From: Chrysomallon squamiferum
Lineage: Eukaryota; Animalia; Mollusca
Length of the DNA stretch: 64,000 nucleotides
Direction of reading: 5' to 3'
Assembly: GCA_012295275.1 (NCBI GenBank)
Contig: CM022672.1
Span: 4,092,001-4,156,000, forward strand
Shown: piece by piece, positions 29,301 through 42,600 of the stretch
How positions within the stretch are numbered: position 1 is the stretch's first letter
Layout of the letters: each line of letters opens with the position of its first letter
Notes under the pieces: model-generated
Databases searched by the model: none
The model's input: the letters and a program-made list of their open reading frames with translations, nothing else
What the model was told of the DNA's origin: nothing
Position numbers and translations under genes: made by a program

Positions 29301-30589
29301 TTGTGTTTCACCATGTCAGCTGTGTGTTAGGTAACACAAATTACCCAGTCTTCCCAACACTGTTTGAATAAAATAATGGGTTAGCACTGGGCCTCTACAA
29401 TTCTAACTAAAATTTTATTTTTTTCATTATTATTTTTTTTTTTTCTTACATCTAATTCAAATAATAAGTTTGTTTTATTTTTGTTGTTGTTACTGACAGT
29501 TATTATTATTGTTGTTATTTCCAGAATTACCCTTTCTTATAACTTGTTATTCTAGTGTCATTTTGTACTTTCAACAATTGCAAATGATCTCAGTATGCAG
29601 CGAAAAGGTTTCTAATTTTGTTTCACTCAGGGTTTCAGGCTGTTGATGTAAATGCCAGAAATATTTCTCTGGCTCTATTAGGCAATAATTGATAAATGTA
29701 TGTCACCAAGATCAATCACTGCTTCTGTCTAAACCTGATCATCAGGATCAACATTACTAGGAAGACTTCTGTTTTGTATGCTGTAATATAAAATTATTTT
29801 TACAATTTCTTTCCCAGACATTGACTGGATGTATTGGTTTGTTTTTATTTAGGTTTTGTTTTTTAAAACTGATTTTTGATTGATTTTATGTTTAATATTT
29901 CTTGGTAGAGTAAATTGCTTATTAGGCAGTTAATATTTTAGATTCATTTTGAAACCATTAAAATGTGTTGAGATCATGATTCACAGTTTAAAAAATTATT
30001 AATTACAGTAGTTGTGACTGAATGTTTTAAATTTTGCATATTCTTTCTATATGGCTATGTTTTTAATGTTAAATTAACAGTTTAAAAATTGTCAGTTATT
30101 TTGAATAAATTTGAGCTTTTTTATAATGAGAACCAGATTTAAACATAATAATTATTTAAATTTTGGCTGTTTTAAATTTAGTTCAGTTAAAGAACAACAG
30201 AGCCATATTTTTAAAATAAAAATATTAAGATTTTCTGTATTTTATTATTTAATTTAAAAAAAAAAATAATAATAAAAACAAAAAACAATCTTGCTAATCC
30301 ACATTTGCTTGCACAGAGCCAGATTTAAAGTTAAACATGTTAATTTACAGTAATTTCATCCATTTTAAATTCATTGCTAGACTGCTAGATTTCCTAAAGT
30401 AGTTAGATTTACCTGGTAATTTAAAAAAGTTAATTGCAGTTTACTGGTATCAGCATTTCAGTGTGGGCTTTTTCCTTCATGTTAGCATTTCCCTTCCTGC
30501 TGTTAACATTTTATAAAGGATGTTGACTTAGAGAGGTTAGGTTTGTGATCCCTGTAATGAGTTTTCAGGAATTTTCCTTTTTCACTCAT

Positions 30590-30630
<41 letters not shown>

Positions 30631-33600
30631 CAGTCTTCTTTTTTCATCATTCTTTCATTCACTTTTTTGTGTCTGGTTATTGTATTATAGAATGGAATTT
30701 TCCAATTTCTAAGCTTTTTTTAAAGTTTTTTTATTTGCTCATTGTCTTTTACACTATTTTTTTTAAACTGAACACTGTTTCTTGTTTTGTTGTGTGTTCT
30801 CTTTCTCTCTTACCTTCTCCTACTTCCAGCTTTTCTCTGTAATTTACAAATAGTACATAGTATTTTATATTTCATGAAGGTTTTTGATTACTTTTTGTAT
30901 AAAAACCCTGATATGTTAAAACAGTAGCAGCATTGCAACTCCATAGTCTCTCAAATAACAACCTTTGGTTAGGGGTTCAGTGCTTTAGCAGCTGTACCAT
31001 TACATATAATATGATATTTTGATAAATCAGACAGTTTTATTTGAGTTTTATAAATGCCTATATTAATTCCAATAAACTGCCTGAGGAAAAATTCATCAAA
31101 ATATGTATGTTCAATGATCACAGATTAACTTCAAAGGACTTTTCATATCTGTTTTTTATTTATTTCCAGATAGCATTATTGTGTTATTATAACAACATTT
31201 ATGTATTGTTACTGTGATTTAAATATATGTATTTTATATATATGTATGTATGTATATATGTATATATGTATGTATATAATGGACAGAGAACCAAAAAAAA
31301 AAGACAACAAATTCAGGCAAATTGTTTAGAAACTTCAAATTTAATTCAAATCTTTTTTGAATTAAAAGCAAACATTATCATTAATGCAGAAATTTCACGT
31401 TTCATTTAAAGCAACATTTGCTAACTATTGTTTAAAACCATCTGTGGAACTGGGTTCCTTTTGTTAAACATATTTCATTCAGGTCACTTCGGCCTAGTCA
31501 TCAGAAAGTAAACAGCATCATGTACACTACTGCATCTGTATGTTAGTATTGGTGGAGAAAGTAAATAAAAGACTTGGGTAAAGCAGAAGTAGAATCATGG
31601 TCAACACTTCACCTTTGATACGGTTTCTTTTTGATCTTCAGCTGAACTTCTAAACAAACATGGGAACACATAAATGAGTATGTAAGTGGGAGATACAGAA
31701 ATTGTGTTAATAGGAAAAGTTTGTATAACTGTATCTGTAGCCTAAATATGTTTTGTATTCATAATTTTAAAATATATTTTGGAATTTAGATTTATTAATA
31801 TAGTATATAAAGGATGACAGTATCACAAATCTGCTGAGATTCATGGAGGCTTCAGTTTTCTGTTCCTTCTTGAATATTTAATTTTTGAAGAAAACCTTTA
31901 ATTTTTTTTTAAAGAAATAAAAAATGTCTTACATTTATTTTTTGAGTGGCAAAATTGATGGGTTTTTGTCTAGTAAGCATGATTTCTTTTAATTATCTGG
32001 ACTTGTTTATCAAAAAAAGTATTTTTCATATCTATTTTTTGTTTATTGTTTTCTAACACCCAATAGGGCATGATAAATGCATCTTTTTATAGAAATTCAT
32101 ACTATGTCTTCAGTAAATCAGATACATGGCAGAAGCTGGAAATCTGCTTAACACAGACAGAAGGACTGATCCTGTGATCAGCTGAACATCAGGCAAAGCC
32201 TGTCAGTGATTATGGGAGGGAACATAGCCTCTTGAATAAAAATAGATTTATAATTTATTGACTATCACAAGTTTTCTACCACTGTGACTACCACCAGATT
32301 TTGTATGAAAAGACTGAGAAAGCAGGTGTTTGTGCCTGAGATAATCTAGAAGCAATCCTCTTTATTTGGGATTATTTAGCAAATCAGATAAAAGTTAAAA
32401 GTTCAGACTGTTTATATTCACTGCAGTGGTTTGTAGTTTTTTCTTGAGCCTTGTGAAAATGGATTTGTGTCTAGTATTTCAAAAGGAATCAGCTTATTAG
32501 GATTTTTAGTTTATTATTTTAATGAGTGTTGATTTGTTATTCATTTTTAAATTATGAATATTTTATTTACTAATAATTTTATTAAAAATCTCTACCATTT
32601 AAGAAAAATAGTAGAAAAAATAATTTTGGTCTTTTCAGCATTTTCATAAATTCAATATTTATTTGGAAAATTTAAAAAAATGTTCTTAGCTGTTTCCATA
32701 ACAAATTTATAAAATTATTCATTTTCATTATTTGTTACAATACATTCTTGCATTAATGATGTCCATTAACAAATAAATAAGAAAAATATATTAAAAACAA
32801 CAAAAAAAAAAAAAAAACCACAAAAGAATCCTCCTCCAAAACTTGAAATAAATATACACTAGTTTTCCTGGTTTGTGACTTTAAGTAATTTATTCTTATT
32901 TTAATTGAGGAAGTTTTCTCTATTTAAAACTGATAAACACCAGGAAAAACAGACTGGCAGATGACAATACATTCTCAAACAAAGCTTACTGTCAGAAGTA
33001 ACAGTTTAACTCATCCTCACTTCCATGTTTGCTTAAACTCTTACTTACTGTGTTATGTTATCTAAGACATAGGATAAACAAGTCTAATGCCACAGAGAAC
33101 AATAGATGCAGTAAAACAATAAAAATAGCATAACTTTATGTAGACCTTGAACATTTCAATCATTTGGCTGTTAATAACTGATACAGGCTGGTATTTAATT
33201 GTATATTTAATTGTGTTTCAGTGTTTAAATGTATATTTCTGTTTTCTTGTGCTTGAATCTGTGTGTCAGAATAGATAATACAGTACGTATGTATGTATGT
33301 ATGTATGTATGTATGTATGTATGTTCTAGTATATATGTGGGGGCTGCATGTCAGTATAACTGTACCTTTTAGACATGACTGACAGGTACATGTTTCTTAA
33401 CTCTTCCTCTGTATTTGATTACCGAACCACAGGTATTAATTATCTTTACAGGTAACATACACCGTGTGAAGTACATATTCTTTCTGTACATTTTCATATC
33501 TCACTGAACATATATTAAAGAAAATTTACATGACATACACTCAAATACAAAGAGCACTCATATTTCTATAAGTGTATATGTTAGATATTGAATATCTTGA

Positions 33601-36600
33601 TGTTGTGTTGACAGTATATCATTAAAAAAGTTTTGTAAGTATGTAGAGTTTGGAAAGAATAAAGATGGTCATGGTCTGAATATTTCAAATGAAGGCTTTT
33701 AATGATTTATCAATGTATTAATAAGGTAAACAACTTAAATTAATTAATTATTAAAAAAACACACCCAGTTACTCATTTTGAAAATAATACTATTCATTAA
33801 TATTTGTTTTCAAAGTATGTCTACCTGTAAGTGAGAGGATACGAAAACAAAGTAGAAACCACAAAATGATACTGGGTCTTTAACTTGACCCTATAACTGA
33901 ATTCTTTTCCTTTCCTTGAGACATTTTCACAAGTATTCATTACATTTAAATTCACTTCCTTCCTTAGTATTGTCTTGCATTCAGAGCAGAGCAAACAGAA
34001 TTGTACTTGTACTCTTAAGATAAGAGTTGCAAAACGTCCTACTACTTTTAATGTTATAACTTTCCATAGGGAATTGTGTGAGGAAAATATTGAATTACTC
34101 GAAGCAGTGGGAATTTTACATTTAAAAGTTGGCAGGTGATGCAGGATTACCAGTCTAAGTCAAGCAAAGTGTGACTAGTTTCATGACCAGCTTAGTTAAT
34201 CAAGCAGCTATTTTTCTGAATGAAGATAGGTTTGTAATTTAAGACAAGAAAATGAAAAATACATTACCCCAACTCTTGATTCATTGTTTCAGATTTATGA
34301 TTCACTGGGCAGTCATGAAAAATATTTTGGGTATGGCCCTGACTTCTGGTGTGATAGATAAGAAGAGACATATACCAACCATTCTTTAACATATGTACAA
34401 TCCAAATATTGCCATAAGCAAAGAGAGATACCAATCAATGTATTGTCATTTTTACATTTCTTGATTTAATGCTTTTTTTTTTTTTTTGTAGACACAAATT
34501 GAGGATATATTTGAATAGGATTTTAAATTATCTGAATTAATGTATTTTTCAGAATTTTGAAAGTGGACTGGAAGATAAAACAGAAAATCAAGATGGTGAG
34601 ACAGCACTGACCAGTGACAAGAAAATGGCGGATCACCCCGCTCACTCCGATTTGTCGGAGTTACATCAAGAGTTCATCAGACTGCTAGAAGGTCAAGGTC
34701 TGGGGGCAGATGTCATCCTGCAGAAAGTTGAACCTGTTCTGAGAGCAGAACAGGTAAGTTTCTTCATTGTCAGAATAATCTAAATGTAAACTTCATCATC
34801 AGAACAATTAAGTTACTACATTGCCAGAATAGTATTAATGTAAACATCAGAATAGAATAATTAATGTAAACTTCATTATCAGAACAGGTAAATTACTTCA
34901 TTTTCATCATCAAAATAGGTAAAATATTTGTCAGAATAGTGTTAATGTAAATTTCACCATTGGAACAGGTAAGTTATTTCATTGTCAGAACAATGTCAGT
35001 ATGTATGACATAGCTGTCAGAGTAAAGTTAACTTTCTTGTAAGAGTACTATTAGTATGTATAATTCTCTGATCATAATGCTGGCATCAGTAGTTAATTGT
35101 TAGTGTTAATATATCAGTGTTAAAGTAATGTTTAAAGAATAAAGAACCCAGTAGAGTTGAAATGTCTTTTCTTTTTAATCACTGTATTAAACACTACATT
35201 TGTTGAACAAGTTACAGTAAAGGAAAAAGAAAGGATATTGTATATTTCATTTTCAGAATAATTTTAGTACATAGAACTTACACTAGCTAGTGTATGTAAT
35301 ATATCTTCAGAATTATAAAGTATTCATACTTAAAACAGAGTAATGTCAATAAAATAATGCAAGTCAGAATATTGTGAAAGTATTAATCTCAGTGTATTAT
35401 GTGGTCATCCAAGGATTAATCATTTCAGTAAATTTTTAAAAAATAATTAAAAAAATGTTTTTCGAAAATTTAAATGTTATGACTTTATATTCAGTGTCTG
35501 ATCATCATGATTTAACTTATTATGTATTTCAGCAAATTCAAAGTCTGGAGTACACAGCAGCAGAACTTCAGCGTAAAGTGAGTAGTCTGCAGGAAGAAAA
35601 GGCTGCGCTGGAAGAGATGTTGCTGACCCCACGACAAGGGGCACCGCATGCCACAAGCAATGAAAAAGAACGTGCAGAGGTTCTAGCTTTAAAGGTAGAA
35701 TTTGTCTTTTATATTCAGGACGTTCTTTTTTTCACTCTTTTTATTGTTTACTTTTATGCACATATTTTATTCATTTATTCTTCCATTTCTATTTAATTCA
35801 TTCTTATTCTTTTTATTTTTTTGGTAACTATATTTTATAAGCTGTTTTATTATCTATTCATATTTATATATCTTTATATATTCACTATGCTTATTTTATA
35901 ATACTTAATAACTGAAGAAAAAATGATTTTACCCAACCGAAAAATATTATAAGTTAATATGTTATTTATTTAAATATTTAAATTCTGATTATTTCACAAA
36001 TAACTTACTGTATTTAAGCATCACATTTATCATATTTCATAAGCAAAAATCATTTTTAAATTTATTTTATTTTTATTATTTTTTTTATTAAATATCCTCA
36101 GGCAGTTTTAAAATAAAATGAAAGCACCTAATCTTATAACATTTAATATGTTTTCTTTAATTAGACTTAAAAATTAAAAAAAAAAACATCTTCATTTGAT
36201 TTTGCACAGCTTTACTTATAGCTTTATGTAAGTCAAAATATAATCTGCTTTTTTTAAAACAATTTTCATTCACCACTTTTTATTAGTTTTTGATAGTATT
36301 ATAATTAATTATTATTTATTTAATTTTAGCATGGTTTTTATTTAGAATACTTTAAGTAAGTAAATGAAATAAAAATATTATTGCTGTCATTATTATTATT
36401 ATTATTTGTATTATTTGAATATATGGGGATTTGTTTCAGATTCTTTATCAAAATAATTTAAAATATTTAGTTAATCACTGTCAGACCAAAAACTTTAAAA
36501 CAAAACCACTTTTCAGAATCAGATAGAAATCTTGGAAAAATCTCAGCTGAAAATAATGGCTGAAAACTCGTCACTTCAAAATGAACTTCAGAAAAGCTCT

Positions 36601-39600
36601 TCTCAAAACAATTGGATTAAAAAACAAATGGATGACTTGAAGGTTTCCATGAAAACAGTCTCGAATGATTCAACACCTCTGTCTGATCTAGCCATGCTTG
36701 ATAAGAACTCTCAAACCGAACTGAAAACAAATGACAAAGCTGTGTATGTGAACTCTTCTGCAAGCAGTGTTGAAAAAGATGAAGTCATCTCCCTTGAACA
36801 GAAGCTTCAAATGGTCTATGAAGAGAACATGAGACTGAAGTTTAAGCTGGAAGAAAAATGTCTCCTCCTTGATGGTTCTGAGCATGCCAGACTGGAAGAG
36901 CTTGAAGAATACTGTGAAGATCTTCAGGAAAGAATGAGAAATGCAGAAATGTCTGAACGGCAGTTAAGAGAAAAACTCAAACTTGCAGAGCATACGATCA
37001 ATGACCTTGAGAGTTCTGAAGGTCATTTTCGAGAAGCTGTTGATGACCTGACCTTTAAGGAACAAGAGACAAAAAGACAGACACATGAACTGCATCGAAC
37101 TGTGAGAGAGCTTAAGGATATAGTTGTAGATAAAGACATTGTTGAACAAGCCCTTAGGGACAAGGTAAAATGGTTGCTGCCATGTTGGATGTTGCATCAT
37201 GGGAATGGTTTGCTTGTGTGTGGTACTTGGTCTTTCAAAGGAAATTTAAAAAAAACCATATTTTAAAAAAAGAAAATTACTGTGATTACTTTTTTAATAT
37301 TTTTGATATTTTTGTTGTTTTTGTAGATCTGTGTTTAAGGTTATTATTAACATTTTGAATTGTAATATTATCAGATTTAGATTTTTTTTTTTATGTTAAT
37401 TTAATCCTGGGCAAGAAAATACATTTGTGATTTCATGGACTGCTTTAATTTGGCATACTAACTGTAAAAGTAAAATTAATGATTGCATGCACTGACTAAT
37501 TTACAGAACATGCTGTGAGACATAATTCTTTGATCCTCAGTTATAATCTTCAGTTCAGTTTGCTGTGCTGTACTATAGAAAGTCTATAGACAAGAGTGTT
37601 TGCATATTTATATGTAGCTTTATTAACATTACATTAATTTGAAAAACTTACTCATTTACTTATTATGTGCACAATTTTTAATTTATAAACTGAATTATTT
37701 GTCTATAATTGATAGTGTTAGTTACACATGACTCAAAATAACAAAACTAACTGGTTACTTACACTCTTCTTTTATATGGAAACTAATAATTATATTTTTA
37801 ATATTTATTGCTGGCTAATTTGCTGTTTTTTTCTAATTCTTGAATTTTGTATTTTGGTTTGTTTTTTTATTCTTCTTTGTTATTGTCGGCCATTTTATTT
37901 CTGATCACTGCTGCATGCTTTTGGCTTTTGTGTTGTTTCCATTTATTGCAGTAATATGTTTAATTTTTCCACTACACTGATTTATTTAGCAACTGATATA
38001 TAAAAAGACAATACTTTCTAAGAAGGATACTGAATTTTTTTCTTCTTAGAAAAAGGCACTCCAACTGAAAAATGTAAAAAGGTTTAAAAATGATGGAGGA
38101 TGCTTTTAAATTTTAGGACAGATTTTGTTGAATATTTATTTCTTACGTGTAATTATTTTTTTTAAACTTTTATTCTACCTCTTGTCATACATAATGTATA
38201 AATCATTGTTATTTATTTATTTACTTATTTGTTATAGACATAAATTTAGCCATAAATATATATTAGTCTGTTCGTACTGAATTTTAGAATTGCCCTCATG
38301 ACTTCCAGTGTTTCATTACTGTTGTTTCTATAAACAAACAGAAATTTTAATGTTCGCAGGTTGAACTGTAAATAAAAATAAATCATTGTTACTGTTGGTT
38401 AAATGTAATATTTTTGTACTTAGTAGTAATCCGAGTATTTTGAGTTGTTATTTAAATTTAATAGTTAAACTATAAATCACATGTCTGAAAAATAGAAATT
38501 TGCTGATATATTTATTGATTTCATGAACTCAGTGATGTACTGAAATAATTATATAAAGATAAAAATGATAAATGTTTAAATAAATTATTATATTATTATT
38601 ATTAATTATTATTATTATTGAAAAGCATGCATGCTAAATGTGAAAAAGATGTTGTGAAACTAATTGCATCAAGCATTTGAAATGTTTAATAATTAAAATA
38701 AATAATTTACACACAAATTTTAAATAAAATAAAAATAAAAATATTTTTTTTTTATGAAATGTATTTAATCAAAGTTATAATAATTTGTACAGCACACATA
38801 AAACAATGTTTCAGAATTAAATGTTTTCAGTGATACATTTTATTATATAATTTAAAGGTTATTCCTCAAAAAAGTATTTAAAGCAATGAATTATTTTTTG
38901 TCATAATCATTATTTTGGTTAGTGGATTTGAATATTGTAGTCTGTGATTACCTATCTATATTTCAGTATTACCAAATTTTATTCTCTGCATTTAATTTGT
39001 TTTTTAATTTTATATTCTAATTTATATTTAAACATTTTTTAAAATTATTTTTATTTTCATTGCAGAATTATTTAATATTGATATACAAGAATTTCCTGTT
39101 GTTTTTTTTTTTTTTTTTTTTTAACTTTGAATTAATTCTTAATTTTTACCAAAATCATATCCAAAACTTCTTTTTCAGGTTGAATTTTTGGAAAAAGCTG
39201 AAGCTGAATCTTCCAAAACAATTGCTGAACTTCAAGCATCAGAAAGATCGCTGCGACAACAACTGGAACTTCAGAGTGACCTTGAAGGCGATGTGTACAT
39301 TGTCAATCAGCTGAGGAAAGAACTTCACAGTTTGGAGAACACAAACAAAGAACTTCAGATGCAGGTTGCAGAGCTTACCGAAAATGAAGAAATTCTCCGA
39401 GACAACTGGCGACGTGTTGCAGACGAAGACGCAAACAGAAGACAGTGCCTGGAGGAAAAGATAAAAATGCTCGAACAGCTGAATCAGGATTTGAAACTCA
39501 GTCTTGAAGATGCTAAAGAACATTTTGCCTTTGCAAGAATTCCTCGAAATGTGTCTCTGGCCAGTGAGCTTTCAGCTTCCAAGTCGTGCAATGACCTTCT

Positions 39601-42600
39601 CAGCCAGTCATATTCAGAAGAACGGATATTGGAATTAGAGGCCAAATTAAAAAGTCTTGAAGAAAAGAAGGATGCCAAGATTGAACAGTTGCAAGAGAAG
39701 ATAGAGAATTTGCAGGAAAAGCTTGGAAACCTGAGAGAAAATGAAATAAAGCTGAGTGAAACTTTAGCAGAAATGGAAGCAACTGAACAAGAACTGAGAG
39801 TGAAAATCTCCCTTTATGAGAGCAAACAGGTTATTTAGTTACCTACTTATTTGTTTATTTTTTTTGTCTACTGACATATTTATTTGATTAATTTATTAGC
39901 TTTATTCAAAGCAAACAGGTTATTTATTTACCAGTTTATTTATTTATTTGTTCATCTACTGACATATTTATTTAATTACCTGTTTATTTATTTATGTACT
40001 GACATATTTATTTTATTTATTTATATAGTTCATTTATTAATTTATTAACTTTATTCATGCATAGATGTTATTTCAGTACATTTTAGTTTTGTCCCATTAT
40101 GAATTACAGAGTTATCTCCCATTTAAAAAAAAATTCGTTTACAGTTATATCATGTGTTAAAAGGAAATCTCAAACATCTATGAAAATTTACACTGATACA
40201 TGTCTTCTTGCAGGTAACTGTGGAGCGCATGTTAAGGTATGAAGATGAAATAAAAGAACTGCATACATCCCAGGAAAACCTATTGGAAAAGCTGGATTCT
40301 CTTGAGGACCATGAGGAAACACTACAAGAAAAACTGGAAACAATGGAAAAAATACACAAAGCTAAAGTTAATTCTCTCGAAAAGAAGATAAAAATTCTGC
40401 AGGAAGAACGGGAAAAAGCCAAATTGAAAATCGAGGAGGTGGAAAAAGAGATAGCACGTTTGCAACAGAAATGTTTGGATTATACAATTGAGATAGAGAA
40501 ACTGGAGAAAGAACTTGTTGAAGCTAAATCCAGGGAGGAAAAAGCAGGAGAACAGATAGCAAAATTGGAAAGAGAAGTTAAACAGAAAGAGTCAGATTCT
40601 CAAATAAGAAGTGAAGCACTTAGAAAAGAAATTGAAAATTGTAGATTAACTGCAAAAAAAGAGGTCAGTTCTTTAGAAAATAGTCTAACAGAATTGAAGG
40701 AAAAAGATGCTGGGTCTGAAATGAAGATTTGTAAGTTAGAAAAAGAAATTTATGATTTGAGGGACATTAAGAGAACACTTACTGACAAAATATCAGTTAT
40801 GGAAAGAGAACAGACAAATATTCTAGATAAATTGTATGAAAGTGAGAGACAGGAAGAAAATCTGTTGACAAGACTAAATGAGATTGAAAAACATGAACAG
40901 GAACTAATGGAAAAACTATCAAAGAGTGAAGAGAAAGAAAAAGAGCTGATCACAAAGGTCAACAACATGGAAACCAATGAAAAAGAACTTGTGCATAATT
41001 TGAGCAGCAATGAATATGTGTTGAATGACAAAATTTCATCTTTGACAAAACAGCTGGAAGAATCCAAAAGCAAAAATGATTCACTCATGACTGAACTAAA
41101 GAAGAATGAATTACAGATTCAGCAGTATTTGCTAAATATCAAACAACTTGAAACCAAAGAAAAAGATCTAACTGATCATTTGAAGAGACTAGAAGAATCT
41201 AGAAACAACACAGCTCTACAGTTAGAAAACAAAATTAAAATCTACGAACAGGAACTGATGAACAGGAAGTCAAGAATTACTGAGCTGGAACAAAAAGAAG
41301 AAAGTTCAAAAACAAAAATGACTGAACTAGCAGACAAGTGCCAACAGCTGGCAGTTTTAGAAAAAGAAAAGACAGCTTTACAGTGTCGTTTGGACGAGTT
41401 AGAGTCAGTGAAACAAGAACTGGAGAACAAAATTAACACGCTTGAGACAAACCTGACAGATTTGGAAGAAACTAATAAAAATTCTGAGAAGAGGATTTTA
41501 TCTCTTGAAAAGATTTTGTTGGAGTATGAGGAAACTGTAGCAGAAAATGACAATCAAATAGAAAACCTGAAATGTGAGAATAAGGAGTTTTCAGAAAAGT
41601 GTTCTGAGTTGGAAAGTACTTTAGTTAATCGTGAAGCTGTGATGAATCTTCTCAAAGGTCACATTTCTGATCTGAAAAAAGATGTGAATGTCAAAAGTGA
41701 ACAGCTTGAAAGATTGGAAAATGAAGTTAAAAATATAAATGTTCAGTGTGAAAATGTACACATACTGAATACCTCAGTGGGCAGTGAAAAGAAAAATCTA
41801 GAAGAACAAAACTTACATCTTGAGAAAACACTTGACCAGGCCAAACAAGAAGTTCATAAGTATTCTGTTGAAAATTCAGACTTGCTGAAAAAGATCCTTC
41901 AGTTTAAAAACATAGTTAAAACAATGGAAGAAGAGAAAACAAATTTCAGACAAGAGATTTTGAGCTGTCAAAATGAAAAGAAACTTCAAGAAGAGAAAAT
42001 TAAAGGACTGGAACAAGAAAAAGCAAATTTTGAGGAACATATTTTAAGCTGTCAAAAAGAAAATAAATATCTTGAAGAAAAAATTATGGAAATACGAAAA
42101 GAGAAAATAGATTTGGAGGATTTAATTCTAAGTTATCAAAATGAAAAGAAACTTCTGAAGGAGAAAGTTCAAATGTTACAAAATGTAGAAACTGAAAAAT
42201 CTGAACATTTAGAAAAGGACAAAACTGTCAGTGAGAAAATTCAGTCTTTGACTCGGAAAAACAGTGAATTACAGAGTAGTGTTAAAACATTACAACAGTC
42301 AAATGAGGAAATACTAGCAGCAGCAACTGATTATAGGAAGAAATGTGATTCTTTGATTTTAGAAAACAGTAACCAGAAAATGAAAATCTCAGAACTCAAA
42401 AGTATTGGGGAGAATCTTGAAAAACAACTCAGTTCAGTTTCTGATAAAGAATTTGAAATCAAAGACTTGAAAATGAAAATAGATAATTATGAGATCCAGC
42501 TAGGTGAATTAACAAATTCCAAGTCTTCCATGGAAAAAGAAATCAACAGGCTAAATTCTGTTATGCAGTCTCTAAAAACAGATAGAGAAGACTATCAGTC

